Notes under the pieces: generated by a model | Told to the model about the DNA's origin: nothing | Seen by the model: only the letters and a program-made list of their open reading frames with translations | The model's database searches: none | Shown: piece after piece, positions 18,108 to 26,566 of the stretch | How positions within the stretch are numbered: position 1 is the stretch's first letter | Layout: each line of letters starts with the position of its first letter | Made by a program: the position numbers and the translations under genes | From: Pontiella sp. | GTDB taxonomy: Bacteria > Verrucomicrobiota > Kiritimatiellia > Kiritimatiellales > Pontiellaceae | Length of the DNA: 64,000 nucleotides | Direction of reading: 5' to 3' | Assembly (NCBI GenBank): GCA_050290185.1 | Contig: JBNKHE010000004.1 | Location: 244,409 to 308,408 of the forward strand

Positions 18108-18986
18108 ATGTATCCGGATATTCATGAGGCTAAACAGATCACAGTCGCAGGCATGGTGGCCAACCTGCTTCTATCCGCGGTCAAATTTACCCTGGGTATA
18201 CTGGGACACTCCCATGCGGTAATCGCCGATGCCGTACACAGCCTGTCGGATATGGTGACGGACGTACTGGTATTGTTCGGATTGAAATTCTGGTCCGCAC
18301 CGGCGGACGAGCAGCACCCGTATGGCCACCAGCGCTTCGAGACCATCATCACGCTGCTGATCAGTGTATTGCTGGCCGTTGTCGCTGTTGAAATCGGATG
18401 GGATGCCGTCGAACGCCTTGGCGGGAAAGCGAGCCGGCCCCCGCTGCTGTTTGCGGTGCTGGGCCCGGCGGTGTCGATTATCACCAAGGAGATTCTCTTC
18501 CGCAAAACCCGGGCCGTGGGCAAACGGATCCACTCGCCGGCGCTTATCGCCAATGCCTGGCACCATCGAAGCGATGCCATGAGTTCCATTCCGGCGCTCG
18601 TGACTGTGGGCATCGCCGCCATCGGCCCGCGCTGGGCGTTTCTCGATGCGCTCGGTGCCGTCCTCGTGGCCGGACTTATTCTCAAGGTAGCCTGGGAGAT
18701 CGCAGCACCGGCCCTATCCGAGCTTTCCGAACGGGGAGCCGATGAACAAGATGTTCAGCAAATCGCAAATCTGGCCAAATCGGTTACGGGCGTTTGCTCG
18801 GTTCACCGGTTGCGGACCCGCCGTCTCGGAGCCGGCCTGTTTGTCGACCTGCATGTACTGGTAAACGGCGACCAGTCGGTGCGCGAAGGCCACGACATCG
18901 CCACCGCCGTCCAGAACCAGCTTCTCGAAAAAGGGCCGGCGGTTGCAGACGTCACCGTACACATCGAGCCGGATAACGACGATTGA
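18108..18986 (+). CDS. Cation diffusion facilitator (FieF-like)
   Basis: ADAVHSLSD; HPYGH; HHRSD; VHIEP. Confidence 0.95.
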   Translation: MYPDIHEAKQITVAGMVANLLLSAVKFTLGILGHSHAVIADAVHSLSDMVTDVLVLFGLKFWSAPADEQHPYGHQRFETIITLLISVLLAVVAVEIGWDAVERLGGKASRPPLLFAVLGPAVSIITKEILFRKTRAVGKRIHSPALIANAWHHRSDAMSSIPALVTVGIAAIGPRWAFLDALGAVLVAGLILKVAWEIAAPALSELSERGADEQDVQQIANLAKSVTGVCSVHRLRTRRLGAGLFVDLHVLVNGDQSVREGHDIATAVQNQLLEKGPAVADVTVHIEPDNDD

Positions 18987-21900
18987 TCAGCGCTTGAGCG
19001 GAAGGAACAGCACGTCCAGTTTCTTCTCTCCGTTTTCCGGATCCTTCTCATAGCGGAACAGACGCCACATGAACGAAAGCTTGTAGTATCCGTTCTTATA
19101 GGAATCGACGGTGATCGCAGGGAAGATGTCCGTGCTCATGTCGCCATTGAGTTTTTCGTAGTGGAACAGATGCCACAGCACGCGCCGGCGGAAATAGTCG
19201 TGCCCCTCTTCTTTCGATTCCTGTTCGTGCCGGGTGTCGTACAGGATGCCCAGCAACGAAGAGGTTTCCAGCCGGCTTCCTGATATACGCCTGTCGTTGA
19301 TGCGATGATGCCACAACGGGAAGAACGATTGTTGTTTTGTGTAGACATGCAATGTACGGGAACCCTCTTTCCGGCCCGCTTCGTAGTCCCAATATTCCGA
19401 TGATTCTCCCAGGGAGAGCAGGTAGTGCAGTTTTTTGGTTTCCTGCACCGTCTGCGTGGTGCCGGCTTTTGCCCCCCGAGTCTTTCCCTTCCCGGTCCAG
19501 TGGTCATAGTCATAGATTCCCAAGAACCCGTGGTTCGAGCGGTTTTCGTTCTTTCTGTAATAGCCCAAAGGGAAATAATAGCCTTGGACCGCATCGGTCG
19601 AAAGGCTTCGCTTGTGCCAGTAAGCCGGGAAAACCCAACTCCCGGATTTACCGCTTCCGATTTCATAGCGGCCCACCAAAGGCGTGGCAAAATAGCTCCT
19701 CTGCCGGTTTTTGCCGTAGATGGCCGAATAGAAATATTTATCCTTCTCCCACAGATAGAACGGCAGGAGATGCGAACCTTCCGTGCCCGACAAGCCCTGC
19801 CGCCAATATCCCAGACCGCCCAGCAACAGATAATCCGTGGATTCGGGGGCCTGACTCCAGCCACTCAGCAAGAGCGGAATGGCATGGTTTCTTCGATTAC
19901 CCGATATCCATGTGGCATAGGGGAGCGACAGAAATGACCCTTCCTCCGGAACGGCGTAGTAGAACGGGAGCACGTAGCTGTAGGAGTATGCTCCGCCCTT
20001 CCGGTAGCCGGCCAACCCGAGCGCAAACGTCCCGCCCGAACTGTCGCTGCCGGTATGCCATCCGCTCAACAGCGGAAGAACCAGATGGTTTTTCCGGTAG
20101 TCGTCGCCCCAGGTGGAATACGGGAGCGAATAGAAGCTTCCGTCCTGCGGGGCGGAATAATAGAACGGAAATACGTAGTGATAGGGATGCTCCGTACCTG
20201 ATCGATATCCGGCCAGTCCGGCGGCGATGATTCCGCGGGACATCCCTTCTTCTGAATACCAGCCGCTCAGCAACGGCGGGAGGAGACGGTATTGCCGGTC
20301 GTCGCCGTTGCGCCATGCGCTGTATGGGAGCGAAATGAAAGATCCCTGTTTCGGGGACGCGTAGTAGAGCGGCGCAACATAGGAATAGTCATTGGGACCT
20401 CCCCGCTGGAAGCCGACCAGCCCCGCCGCCAATATGGCGCGGGTCTTTTCATCCCCGGTTTTCCAGCCGCTCAGCAACGGTGGAATCACGTGGTTCTGTT
20501 TTCCATCATCATCCCAGGTCGAATACGGCAATGAGACGAATGTACGATCCCGGGGAGCCCGGTAGTAGAACGGGAATACATAGTGCGAGCTTCCGGTTTC
20601 ACTCCATCGCTGGGCAGCCAATCCGCCGAGGTAGATGTTGCGCCCGGAATCTGCATTCTTTGCCCCGCCGCTCAACAACGGCAATGCCATCCAGTTTTCC
20701 TGGTCGCCCAGCCGCCAGCGGCCGCCAAGCAACGTCATGAAATGCGCGTCATAATCTTCGTTCACATAGACCAACGGGATATAGCAGCGCCAGGCCAGCG
20801 ATCCATCGTCATGCAGCTTACGGGCATAAAACGGAGTGACCAGGATCGAGCCATCGGCGGATCGGGCGCTGTAATAAAACGGGAAAGAAGCCTTCCACGC
20901 CGTTCCATCCGGATGTTTTTCCGCCATCCAAACCGGCGAATAGAACGAAGAAGAATTTGGCGTATAGTTCCGATAGTAGAGCGGAATGGTCGTGTCCCAG
21001 CCGGATCCATCAGCCTTTTTCCGGCTTAACCACGGTAGGGAATAGAACGACGAAGCCTCGGCCGAAAAGTCCCGGTAAAAGAGCGGAACCGAAGCCTGCC
21101 ACCCGGAACCATCCGCACGCTTTTTTGAGAGCCACGGCAGCGAGTAGAAGGCCGATCCCTCGTCGGAATAGCTGCGGTAGTACAACGGAGCAAGTGCATG
21201 CCAGCCCGAACCATCGGCATACTTCTTCATCCACCAGGGCAATGTATACAGGGATGTTGATTGCGGGTTCGAGCTGTAGAAATAAAGCGGAAACGAGCTG
21301 TTCCAGCCGGTGCCATCGGCATACTTCTTGCGCATCCACGGCAGGGAATAAAACGAAGAATACTGGTCGGAATAGCCATGGTAATAGGCCGGCACAACAG
21401 CACTGAATCCGGAACCGTCAGCCCGCTTTTTCCACCACCACGGCAGGGTGTATAATGCCGTGGCTTCAGGATTGGAGCCGTAGTAGTAAACAGGCAGAAG
21501 ATGGTGATGCCGGCTGTCCGGTGACGAGGCCAGCCCCCCCAATCCCAGGGCATACCAGCTACATGACCAGTCATCCCCCGTGCGTCCCCACGACAAAGCA
21601 GGGAACAGCGTCCAACTGGTGAGGCTCCCTTGCCAGGTTCGCTGCCACAGCGGCAAGGCCAGATCCCAGCTCCTGCCGCCCGGATTTTTCGCCAGGCTAC
21701 GGCTGTAGGGCAACGATAGGAAAGTGGAACGTTGGCCGGTTTTTGCATAGGCGTAAGCCGGGATGACCCAGCTCCCCGAGCCGGCCCTATTCGTATAGGA
21801 GTGGATCAACGGCCATACAACATCGCGTTCAAGAGAACCCGGAGTCTGCTTCATCCCGTAAACCGGCCAGAGGTGCCAGGCATTCCAGGTGTCGTAGCGA

Positions 21901-22388
21901 TGCCGTGCATAGAACGGCCATGCCAGATGCAGCGAGTTGCCGCGTTCCTTGTTCTGCCAGATCCACAGCGGAAACAAGGCATCGTGGCCGGTACCCGCCA
22001 GCGGGCGACCTTCATGCCAGTACAGGGGCAGCACATTGAAATAATCATCACCCCAATAAACCGGAAAGAAACGATAATCCTTTTCAGCGGGAGCGAAGCG
22101 CCCGAGCGGCCACAAGACGTTGTAGACCGGATGGTCCGTGTCCAGGTCGTACGCCGAATACACCGGCCGAACCGCCTGATGTTCCGGGCTGAATTCCATC
22201 AAAGGCCATAGAACAGCCAGTGCGGGATCGCGGTAGTAGACGATGGGCCAAAGATTAAACCGATCCGCAGCCGGACCTTCACGCTTCTCATATTCCCCGG
22301 AATAAAACGGCGTCCCTTTCATAGACGTCGTACTGCATCCGGCCGACAACAACACTCCAACTGCCAGCGGCAGAATCCATTTCTTCAT
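18987..22388 (-). CDS. Large lipoprotein made of aromatic-rich beta-hairpin repeats
   Basis: MKKWILPLAVGVLLSAGC lipobox; dozens of P(L/F)(F/Y)Y / SLP(W/Y) repeats. Confidence 0.85.
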   Translation of the reverse strand: MKKWILPLAVGVLLSAGCSTTSMKGTPFYSGEYEKREGPAADRFNLWPIVYYRDPALAVLWPLMEFSPEHQAVRPVYSAYDLDTDHPVYNVLWPLGRFAPAEKDYRFFPVYWGDDYFNVLPLYWHEGRPLAGTGHDALFPLWIWQNKERGNSLHLAWPFYARHRYDTWNAWHLWPVYGMKQTPGSLERDVVWPLIHSYTNRAGSGSWVIPAYAYAKTGQRSTFLSLPYSRSLAKNPGGRSWDLALPLWQRTWQGSLTSWTLFPALSWGRTGDDWSCSWYALGLGGLASSPDSRHHHLLPVYYYGSNPEATALYTLPWWWKKRADGSGFSAVVPAYYHGYSDQYSSFYSLPWMRKKYADGTGWNSSFPLYFYSSNPQSTSLYTLPWWMKKYADGSGWHALAPLYYRSYSDEGSAFYSLPWLSKKRADGSGWQASVPLFYRDFSAEASSFYSLPWLSRKKADGSGWDTTIPLYYRNYTPNSSSFYSPVWMAEKHPDGTAWKASFPFYYSARSADGSILVTPFYARKLHDDGSLAWRCYIPLVYVNEDYDAHFMTLLGGRWRLGDQENWMALPLLSGGAKNADSGRNIYLGGLAAQRWSETGSSHYVFPFYYRAPRDRTFVSLPYSTWDDDGKQNHVIPPLLSGWKTGDEKTRAILAAGLVGFQRGGPNDYSYVAPLYYASPKQGSFISLPYSAWRNGDDRQYRLLPPLLSGWYSEEGMSRGIIAAGLAGYRSGTEHPYHYVFPFYYSAPQDGSFYSLPYSTWGDDYRKNHLVLPLLSGWHTGSDSSGGTFALGLAGYRKGGAYSYSYVLPFYYAVPEEGSFLSLPYATWISGNRRNHAIPLLLSGWSQAPESTDYLLLGGLGYWRQGLSGTEGSHLLPFYLWEKDKYFYSAIYGKNRQRSYFATPLVGRYEIGSGKSGSWVFPAYWHKRSLSTDAVQGYYFPLGYYRKNENRSNHGFLGIYDYDHWTGKGKTRGAKAGTTQTVQETKKLHYLLSLGESSEYWDYEAGRKEGSRTLHVYTKQQSFFPLWHHRINDRRISGSRLETSSLLGILYDTRHEQESKEEGHDYFRRRVLWHLFHYEKLNGDMSTDIFPAITVDSYKNGYYKLSFMWRLFRYEKDPENGEKKLDVLFLPLKR

Positions 22389-22507
22389 TACACACCCTCC
22401 AATCAACGGTTGATGCCTCCCGCTCCGCCAACTCATCGCAAACTATCACGCTCTTATAGGGATTTTAACAGCCAAAAACGTCGCGAGCTGAATGCGTTTG
22501 ACCTGCC

Positions 22508-23320
22508 ATGACTAAATCCGCACAATCCCGCGCCGATATGAAACAAGAAAAAGCAACCGTACTCGAACACCATAACTTCCAGGGCGACTACCGCATCCTC
22601 CGCCTCGGCGCACCCGCCGTGGGACCGCTGGTCAAGCCCGGACAGTTTCTTCATCTTCAGGTTCCACAGCTGGGCGACCGCATTCTGCGCCGCCCCTTCA
22701 GCATCTACAAAGCCGGCGCCGAAGGCGTGAGCATTCTCTACAAGCCGGTGGGACGCGGCACAGAGTCCATGATCTCGCTGCAAGTCGGCCAGAAGCTCGA
22801 CATCATCGGCCCGCTGGGCAACGGCTATCCGAAAATGGCCCCCGGCAAGCTACCGGTTCTGGTGGCAGGCGGCTACGGCAACGCCGCACTTTACCTGAAG
22901 GCCAAAGAACTCCCTGTCAAAGGCGTCGCCTTTTTTGGAGGACGTGCAGCGCAGGACATCCTTTGTGTCGATGAATTCAAGGAACTCGGGTGGGACGTCC
23001 GCCCCACGACCGACGATGGCTCGCTTGGGATCAAGGGTCTTGTGACCGATGCCTTCGATCCCTGGATGAAGGAGCAGGAAAACGCTACCGATCTAGAACT
23101 GTTCGTCTGCGGCCCCAATCCCATGCTCAAAGCCATGGGCGACCGGGCAATTGAAAACGACTTCACCGCGTGGCTTTCGCTCGACAAAAACATGGCCTGC
23201 GGAGTCGGCGCCTGCCTGACCTGCGTCATCAAGCGCAAAACCGACGATGGATGGGAATGGGCGCGTTGCTGCAAGGACGGCCCGATCTTCGAGTCCAGAG
23301 AGATTATATGGGAAGAATAG
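22508..23320 (+). CDS. pyrK: Dihydroorotate dehydrogenase electron transfer subunit
   Basis: PGQF; RRPFS; GPLGNG; CGP; MACGVGACLTC...CKDGP. Confidence 0.95.
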   Translation: MTKSAQSRADMKQEKATVLEHHNFQGDYRILRLGAPAVGPLVKPGQFLHLQVPQLGDRILRRPFSIYKAGAEGVSILYKPVGRGTESMISLQVGQKLDIIGPLGNGYPKMAPGKLPVLVAGGYGNAALYLKAKELPVKGVAFFGGRAAQDILCVDEFKELGWDVRPTTDDGSLGIKGLVTDAFDPWMKEQENATDLELFVCGPNPMLKAMGDRAIENDFTAWLSLDKNMACGVGACLTCVIKRKTDDGWEWARCCKDGPIFESREIIWEE

Positions 23321-23321
23321 A

Positions 23322-23383
23322 AACCACGGAATACACAGAAAACACGGGGAACTCTCAAACCTACTTCCGTGTATGCAGTGGTT
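23322..23383. repeat. Intergenic palindromic repeat (ACCACGGAATACAC type)
   Basis: AACCACGGAATACAC..ACACGG / CCGTGTATGCAGTGGTT. Confidence 0.6.
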
Positions 23384-23402
23384 GGTAAAAACGGATTCTT
23401 AA

Positions 23403-24317
23403 ATGAGTGTAGATTTGAAAATAAAAATCGGTGCGATGGAGATGAAGAATCCGGTGACGGTGGCTTCGGGAACATTTGGCTACGGACCGGAATATGCCGA
23501 ACTGGTCGATCTGAACCGGTTGGGCGCCATCACCGTCAAGGGCATCTGCCCCGAAGAGCATATCGGAAACCAGACCCCGCGAACCTGCGAAACGCGCGGC
23601 GGCATGCTCAATGCCATCGGCCTGCCGGGTCCGGGGGCCAAGGGTTTCATCGAAAAATATGTTCCCTTCCTGAAACAATACGACACGCCGGTTATCGTCA
23701 ATATCTGGGGCAAGGCCATGGGGGATTATGGCCGGGTTGTTGAATTGCTCGATGATGAAGATACTGTATCCGCCTATGAGATCAACCTCTCCTGCCCCAA
23801 CGTAAAGGAAGGCGGCTCCGCCTTCGGAACGGATGTCGACATGTTCTCGCGGGTGATCGAACTGGTCCGTGGCAAAACGCAAAAACCGATCATCCCCAAG
23901 CTGGCACCGAACGTTTCCAATATCGGTGAGTTTGCGAAAGCGGCGGAGAACTGCGGAGCCGACGCGATCTCGATTATGAATTCGTATCCTGCCATGGCCA
24001 TCAACATCGAAACCCTCGAGCCCGAGCTGGCCAACCGGACAGGCGGACTCAGTGGTCCGGCCATCAAACCGATTGCCATCAAGCTGGTATGGGATGCCGC
24101 CAAAGCCACGAAACTGCCGATCATCGGCATGGGTGGAATCTTCGAACCGGAGGATGCCATTGAATTTATGGTGGCCGGTGCAACCGCCGTCGCCGTGGGA
24201 ACCGCGAACTTCATTGATCCCTCGACTGTCGACCGGGTTATCGACGGGATCGAGGCCTATCTCGTACACAAGGGCCATGCTTCGGTTCAAGACATCGTCG
24301 GAACTGTTCGGGCATGA
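23403..24317 (+). CDS. pyrD: Dihydroorotate dehydrogenase 1B catalytic subunit
   Basis: ASGTFGYG; NAIGL; EINLSCPN; GGLSGPAIKP. Confidence 0.96.
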   Translation: MSVDLKIKIGAMEMKNPVTVASGTFGYGPEYAELVDLNRLGAITVKGICPEEHIGNQTPRTCETRGGMLNAIGLPGPGAKGFIEKYVPFLKQYDTPVIVNIWGKAMGDYGRVVELLDDEDTVSAYEINLSCPNVKEGGSAFGTDVDMFSRVIELVRGKTQKPIIPKLAPNVSNIGEFAKAAENCGADAISIMNSYPAMAINIETLEPELANRTGGLSGPAIKPIAIKLVWDAAKATKLPIIGMGGIFEPEDAIEFMVAGATAVAVGTANFIDPSTVDRVIDGIEAYLVHKGHASVQDIVGTVRA

Positions 24318-24895
24318 CGAAACTGCGTTTTAGCGGAACACTTGCATTGGGAGCGCTCTTTACCGCTCTCATACTGTATTATTCATTTTACCAGCCCTTC
24401 ATCCCCGGTGCTGTTCAACAAGCCATTCCGTCGGAATCATCGTTTGTATACCACGCAGAGTCACTGGAAGACCTGCTGCAGAGCCCGGTCTGCGCACAGC
24501 TTGATAAAACCCTGGGTGCTGGCAACTCGCTTCGCGGGCTGCTGGAGTCGAATGAATGGACCGGACTGGCCGCGGCCTCGGAGATAGCCGTAGCCGACAT
24601 CCCGTTCCAGCAAGTCGGCCAGTGCAAAAGCTGGGCGGTGGCGAGCTGGGTCGGGTGGCGCAGCCCCTGGCTACGCTGGAAGCTTGAAAATGCGTCCGAC
24701 AAAAACCTCATTTTTCTTGGAAAGCATTCCGTCTGGCCAGTGTGGCGCTATGATGCACCCGACATCGCCAGAGGTATGAGCCTTACCTTCGCCTTGACGG
24801 ACAATCTCTTCCTGGCTTGCCTTTCCGAGAGACCTGCGGATATTGTGTTTCTGCTGGATGCCTACGACAAAGACGTTCCGACAGCCACCCCCTAA
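24314..24895 (+). CDS. Hypothetical membrane-anchored protein
   Basis: ATGA overlap with pyrD; N-terminal TM. Confidence 0.7.
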   Translation: MTKLRFSGTLALGALFTALILYYSFYQPFIPGAVQQAIPSESSFVYHAESLEDLLQSPVCAQLDKTLGAGNSLRGLLESNEWTGLAAASEIAVADIPFQQVGQCKSWAVASWVGWRSPWLRWKLENASDKNLIFLGKHSVWPVWRYDAPDIARGMSLTFALTDNLFLACLSERPADIVFLLDAYDKDVPTATP

Positions 24896-24910
24896 AAAAG
24901 GACATCAACG

Positions 24911-25879
24911 ATGACCCGAAAGATTATTGCCCTACTGGCCGCCTGCACCTTGATATCAGGTTGCAACAGCATAAAAAGCGATGGTAAATCCGAAGTTCTG
25001 CTCAACGAGGACCAGATTCAAGCGGCCCTCGCGAACGCCAAGCCTCCGCAGCAGTTCGGGTTTTCGGTCTATCCCACCGTAAACAACGGAATCGCCATGC
25101 GCGGCAGTGCCCGGTTGCATCCCAGACATGTGGCCAGCGCTAAATTTATCTCCAGCGATCTTCCGGTCATCCACATGAACGGATCCGCAGCCCGGATGAC
25201 GATGAATGCACTCCTTGACCCAAGCTCAACGGAATCATGGTTTGACTTTGAAAAAGCACAGGAATTCAAGGCCAGTTTTCTGGGACTGGACGGACGAACC
25301 ATTGCTTATCAGGGGAATAGCTATGTCGGCAACATCGCGGCCTATGCAGCTGTCATTCCTCAGATGCGTATCAACCAGCTCTTTATTGAAAATTCGCCTG
25401 TGTTTGTGCGTATGGCCCTGAACTCACTGGGCCCACTGAACCGCGGCATTCAGGATTGCAAGATCCACAGCCTGATCGGATATGATATTCTCAGCACCTT
25501 TGAATATGTCCAGTTTGACCTGGATCGGGGACGCGTAAACTTTTCAGCAACCATCGCCTACACGCCAAACGAAAACCGGCTGATCGGTGAAGCTGCAATC
25601 GTCCGGGCCAGGGGAATCGGGCTGGCCGTTGCCGGTGCCGTTGGCGGAAACAAAACCCCCATTATACTCGATGTGGCCGGCAACTATGATTTTGTCGTCA
25701 ACAACGCAACCGCGTCGATCACCCCGATGATCGAGCTTGGCGAAGTGGTCTATGTGAACACCCCTACGATCCAAAGCGCCACATACGATGGACTGCCGCG
25801 CGCGGGAATCGGTATGCTCAGGAAATATGTGGTTACCGTCTGCCCCCGAAAAGGCGTGGTTTATTTCGAGCGTCCATAG
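24911..25879 (+). CDS. Lipoprotein with two degenerate retropepsin-like aspartyl-protease domains
   Basis: ISGC lipobox; ALLDPSS and IILDVAG in place of DTG; LIGYDIL..VQFD. Confidence 0.65.
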   Translation: MTRKIIALLAACTLISGCNSIKSDGKSEVLLNEDQIQAALANAKPPQQFGFSVYPTVNNGIAMRGSARLHPRHVASAKFISSDLPVIHMNGSAARMTMNALLDPSSTESWFDFEKAQEFKASFLGLDGRTIAYQGNSYVGNIAAYAAVIPQMRINQLFIENSPVFVRMALNSLGPLNRGIQDCKIHSLIGYDILSTFEYVQFDLDRGRVNFSATIAYTPNENRLIGEAAIVRARGIGLAVAGAVGGNKTPIILDVAGNYDFVVNNATASITPMIELGEVVYVNTPTIQSATYDGLPRAGIGMLRKYVVTVCPRKGVVYFERP

Positions 25880-26175
25880 GTGCTGGATCTTGAACGCACC
25901 AGATGCCGAAGCGCCAGAATGGGATGGTGCCGCATCATGCGCGGACCGGAAAAGCGCATGATTTCCTGAACCTGTTTGCGCATATCCGGTTTATAGCAAT
26001 GCACCGAGCACTGGTTGCAAACCGGCTTTTTGATCCCGAATGGGCATTTTTCGATGCGCTGTTGCGCATACGTCAAAAGCCCGGAACAATTTTCGCAAAG
26101 ATCCTTTGCCGCACCGTGGTGGGCGCGGCAATAGATGCGGATCATGGCTTGGATCGTCCGGGCTTCGAGATTCAT
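25861..26175 (-). CDS. YgbA / nitrous oxide-stimulated promoter family protein
   Basis: E..TI..MIRIYC..HH...LC..C..L..YA..R..KCP...KP.C..C..HCY; MRFSGPRM. Confidence 0.9.
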   Translation of the reverse strand: MNLEARTIQAMIRIYCRAHHGAAKDLCENCSGLLTYAQQRIEKCPFGIKKPVCNQCSVHCYKPDMRKQVQEIMRFSGPRMMRHHPILALRHLVRSRSSTYGRSK

Positions 26176-26379
26176 GCCAGATGGTTTATTCGAAAACCCA
26201 GCCCCTGCCAAGGTTGAACCGCTGGTTCGTCGCCGGTCATTTGCTTCCAAGCCATGCGGATGTTCCGTGAATACGAGGCTTTGATTTGCAAAGCCAATAC
26301 TTTTTCCATCTCAAAAAAAGCGGTTTTTAAAGGGATTTTCGGGCGCTGGAAATAAAAACAAAAATAAATGCGGTTTTCG

Positions 26380-26406
26380 GGTAACGATCTGAATTCCCAC
26401 CTCGTA
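26380..26406 (+). promoter_or_regulatory. Putative ECF sigma promoter 1 (GGTAAC-N17-CGTA)
   Basis: AAC/CGT ECF geometry; duplicated at 29441. Confidence 0.7.
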
Positions 26407-26412
26407 TTCATA

Positions 26413-26524
26413 GTTGAACCCAACAACACCCTATTTGAAGCAAACGCAGCTCAAGTGAACCCAAACCCATTGCGTGCTTCCGATACTTACTCCGAACCCC
26501 GCCTAACCAGCGGGGTTTTATTTT
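26413..26524 (+). ncRNA. Putative sRNA copy 1 (~110 nt) with intrinsic terminator
   Basis: Paralogous to 29474-29579; hairpin with loop CTCAAGTGAACCCAAACC; terminator CCCCGC..GCGGGG-TTTTATTTT. Confidence 0.65.
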
Positions 26525-26566
26525 GCCCGCAACACACGACAGTGCTACGCTTTCCTTTAACTTTTC

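Noticed and set aside
26415..26426. AACCCAACA complementarity to conserved rRNA UGUUGGGUU-type segments
   Set aside because: A 9-nt match recalled from memory can arise by chance, and the host rRNA is not in the window.
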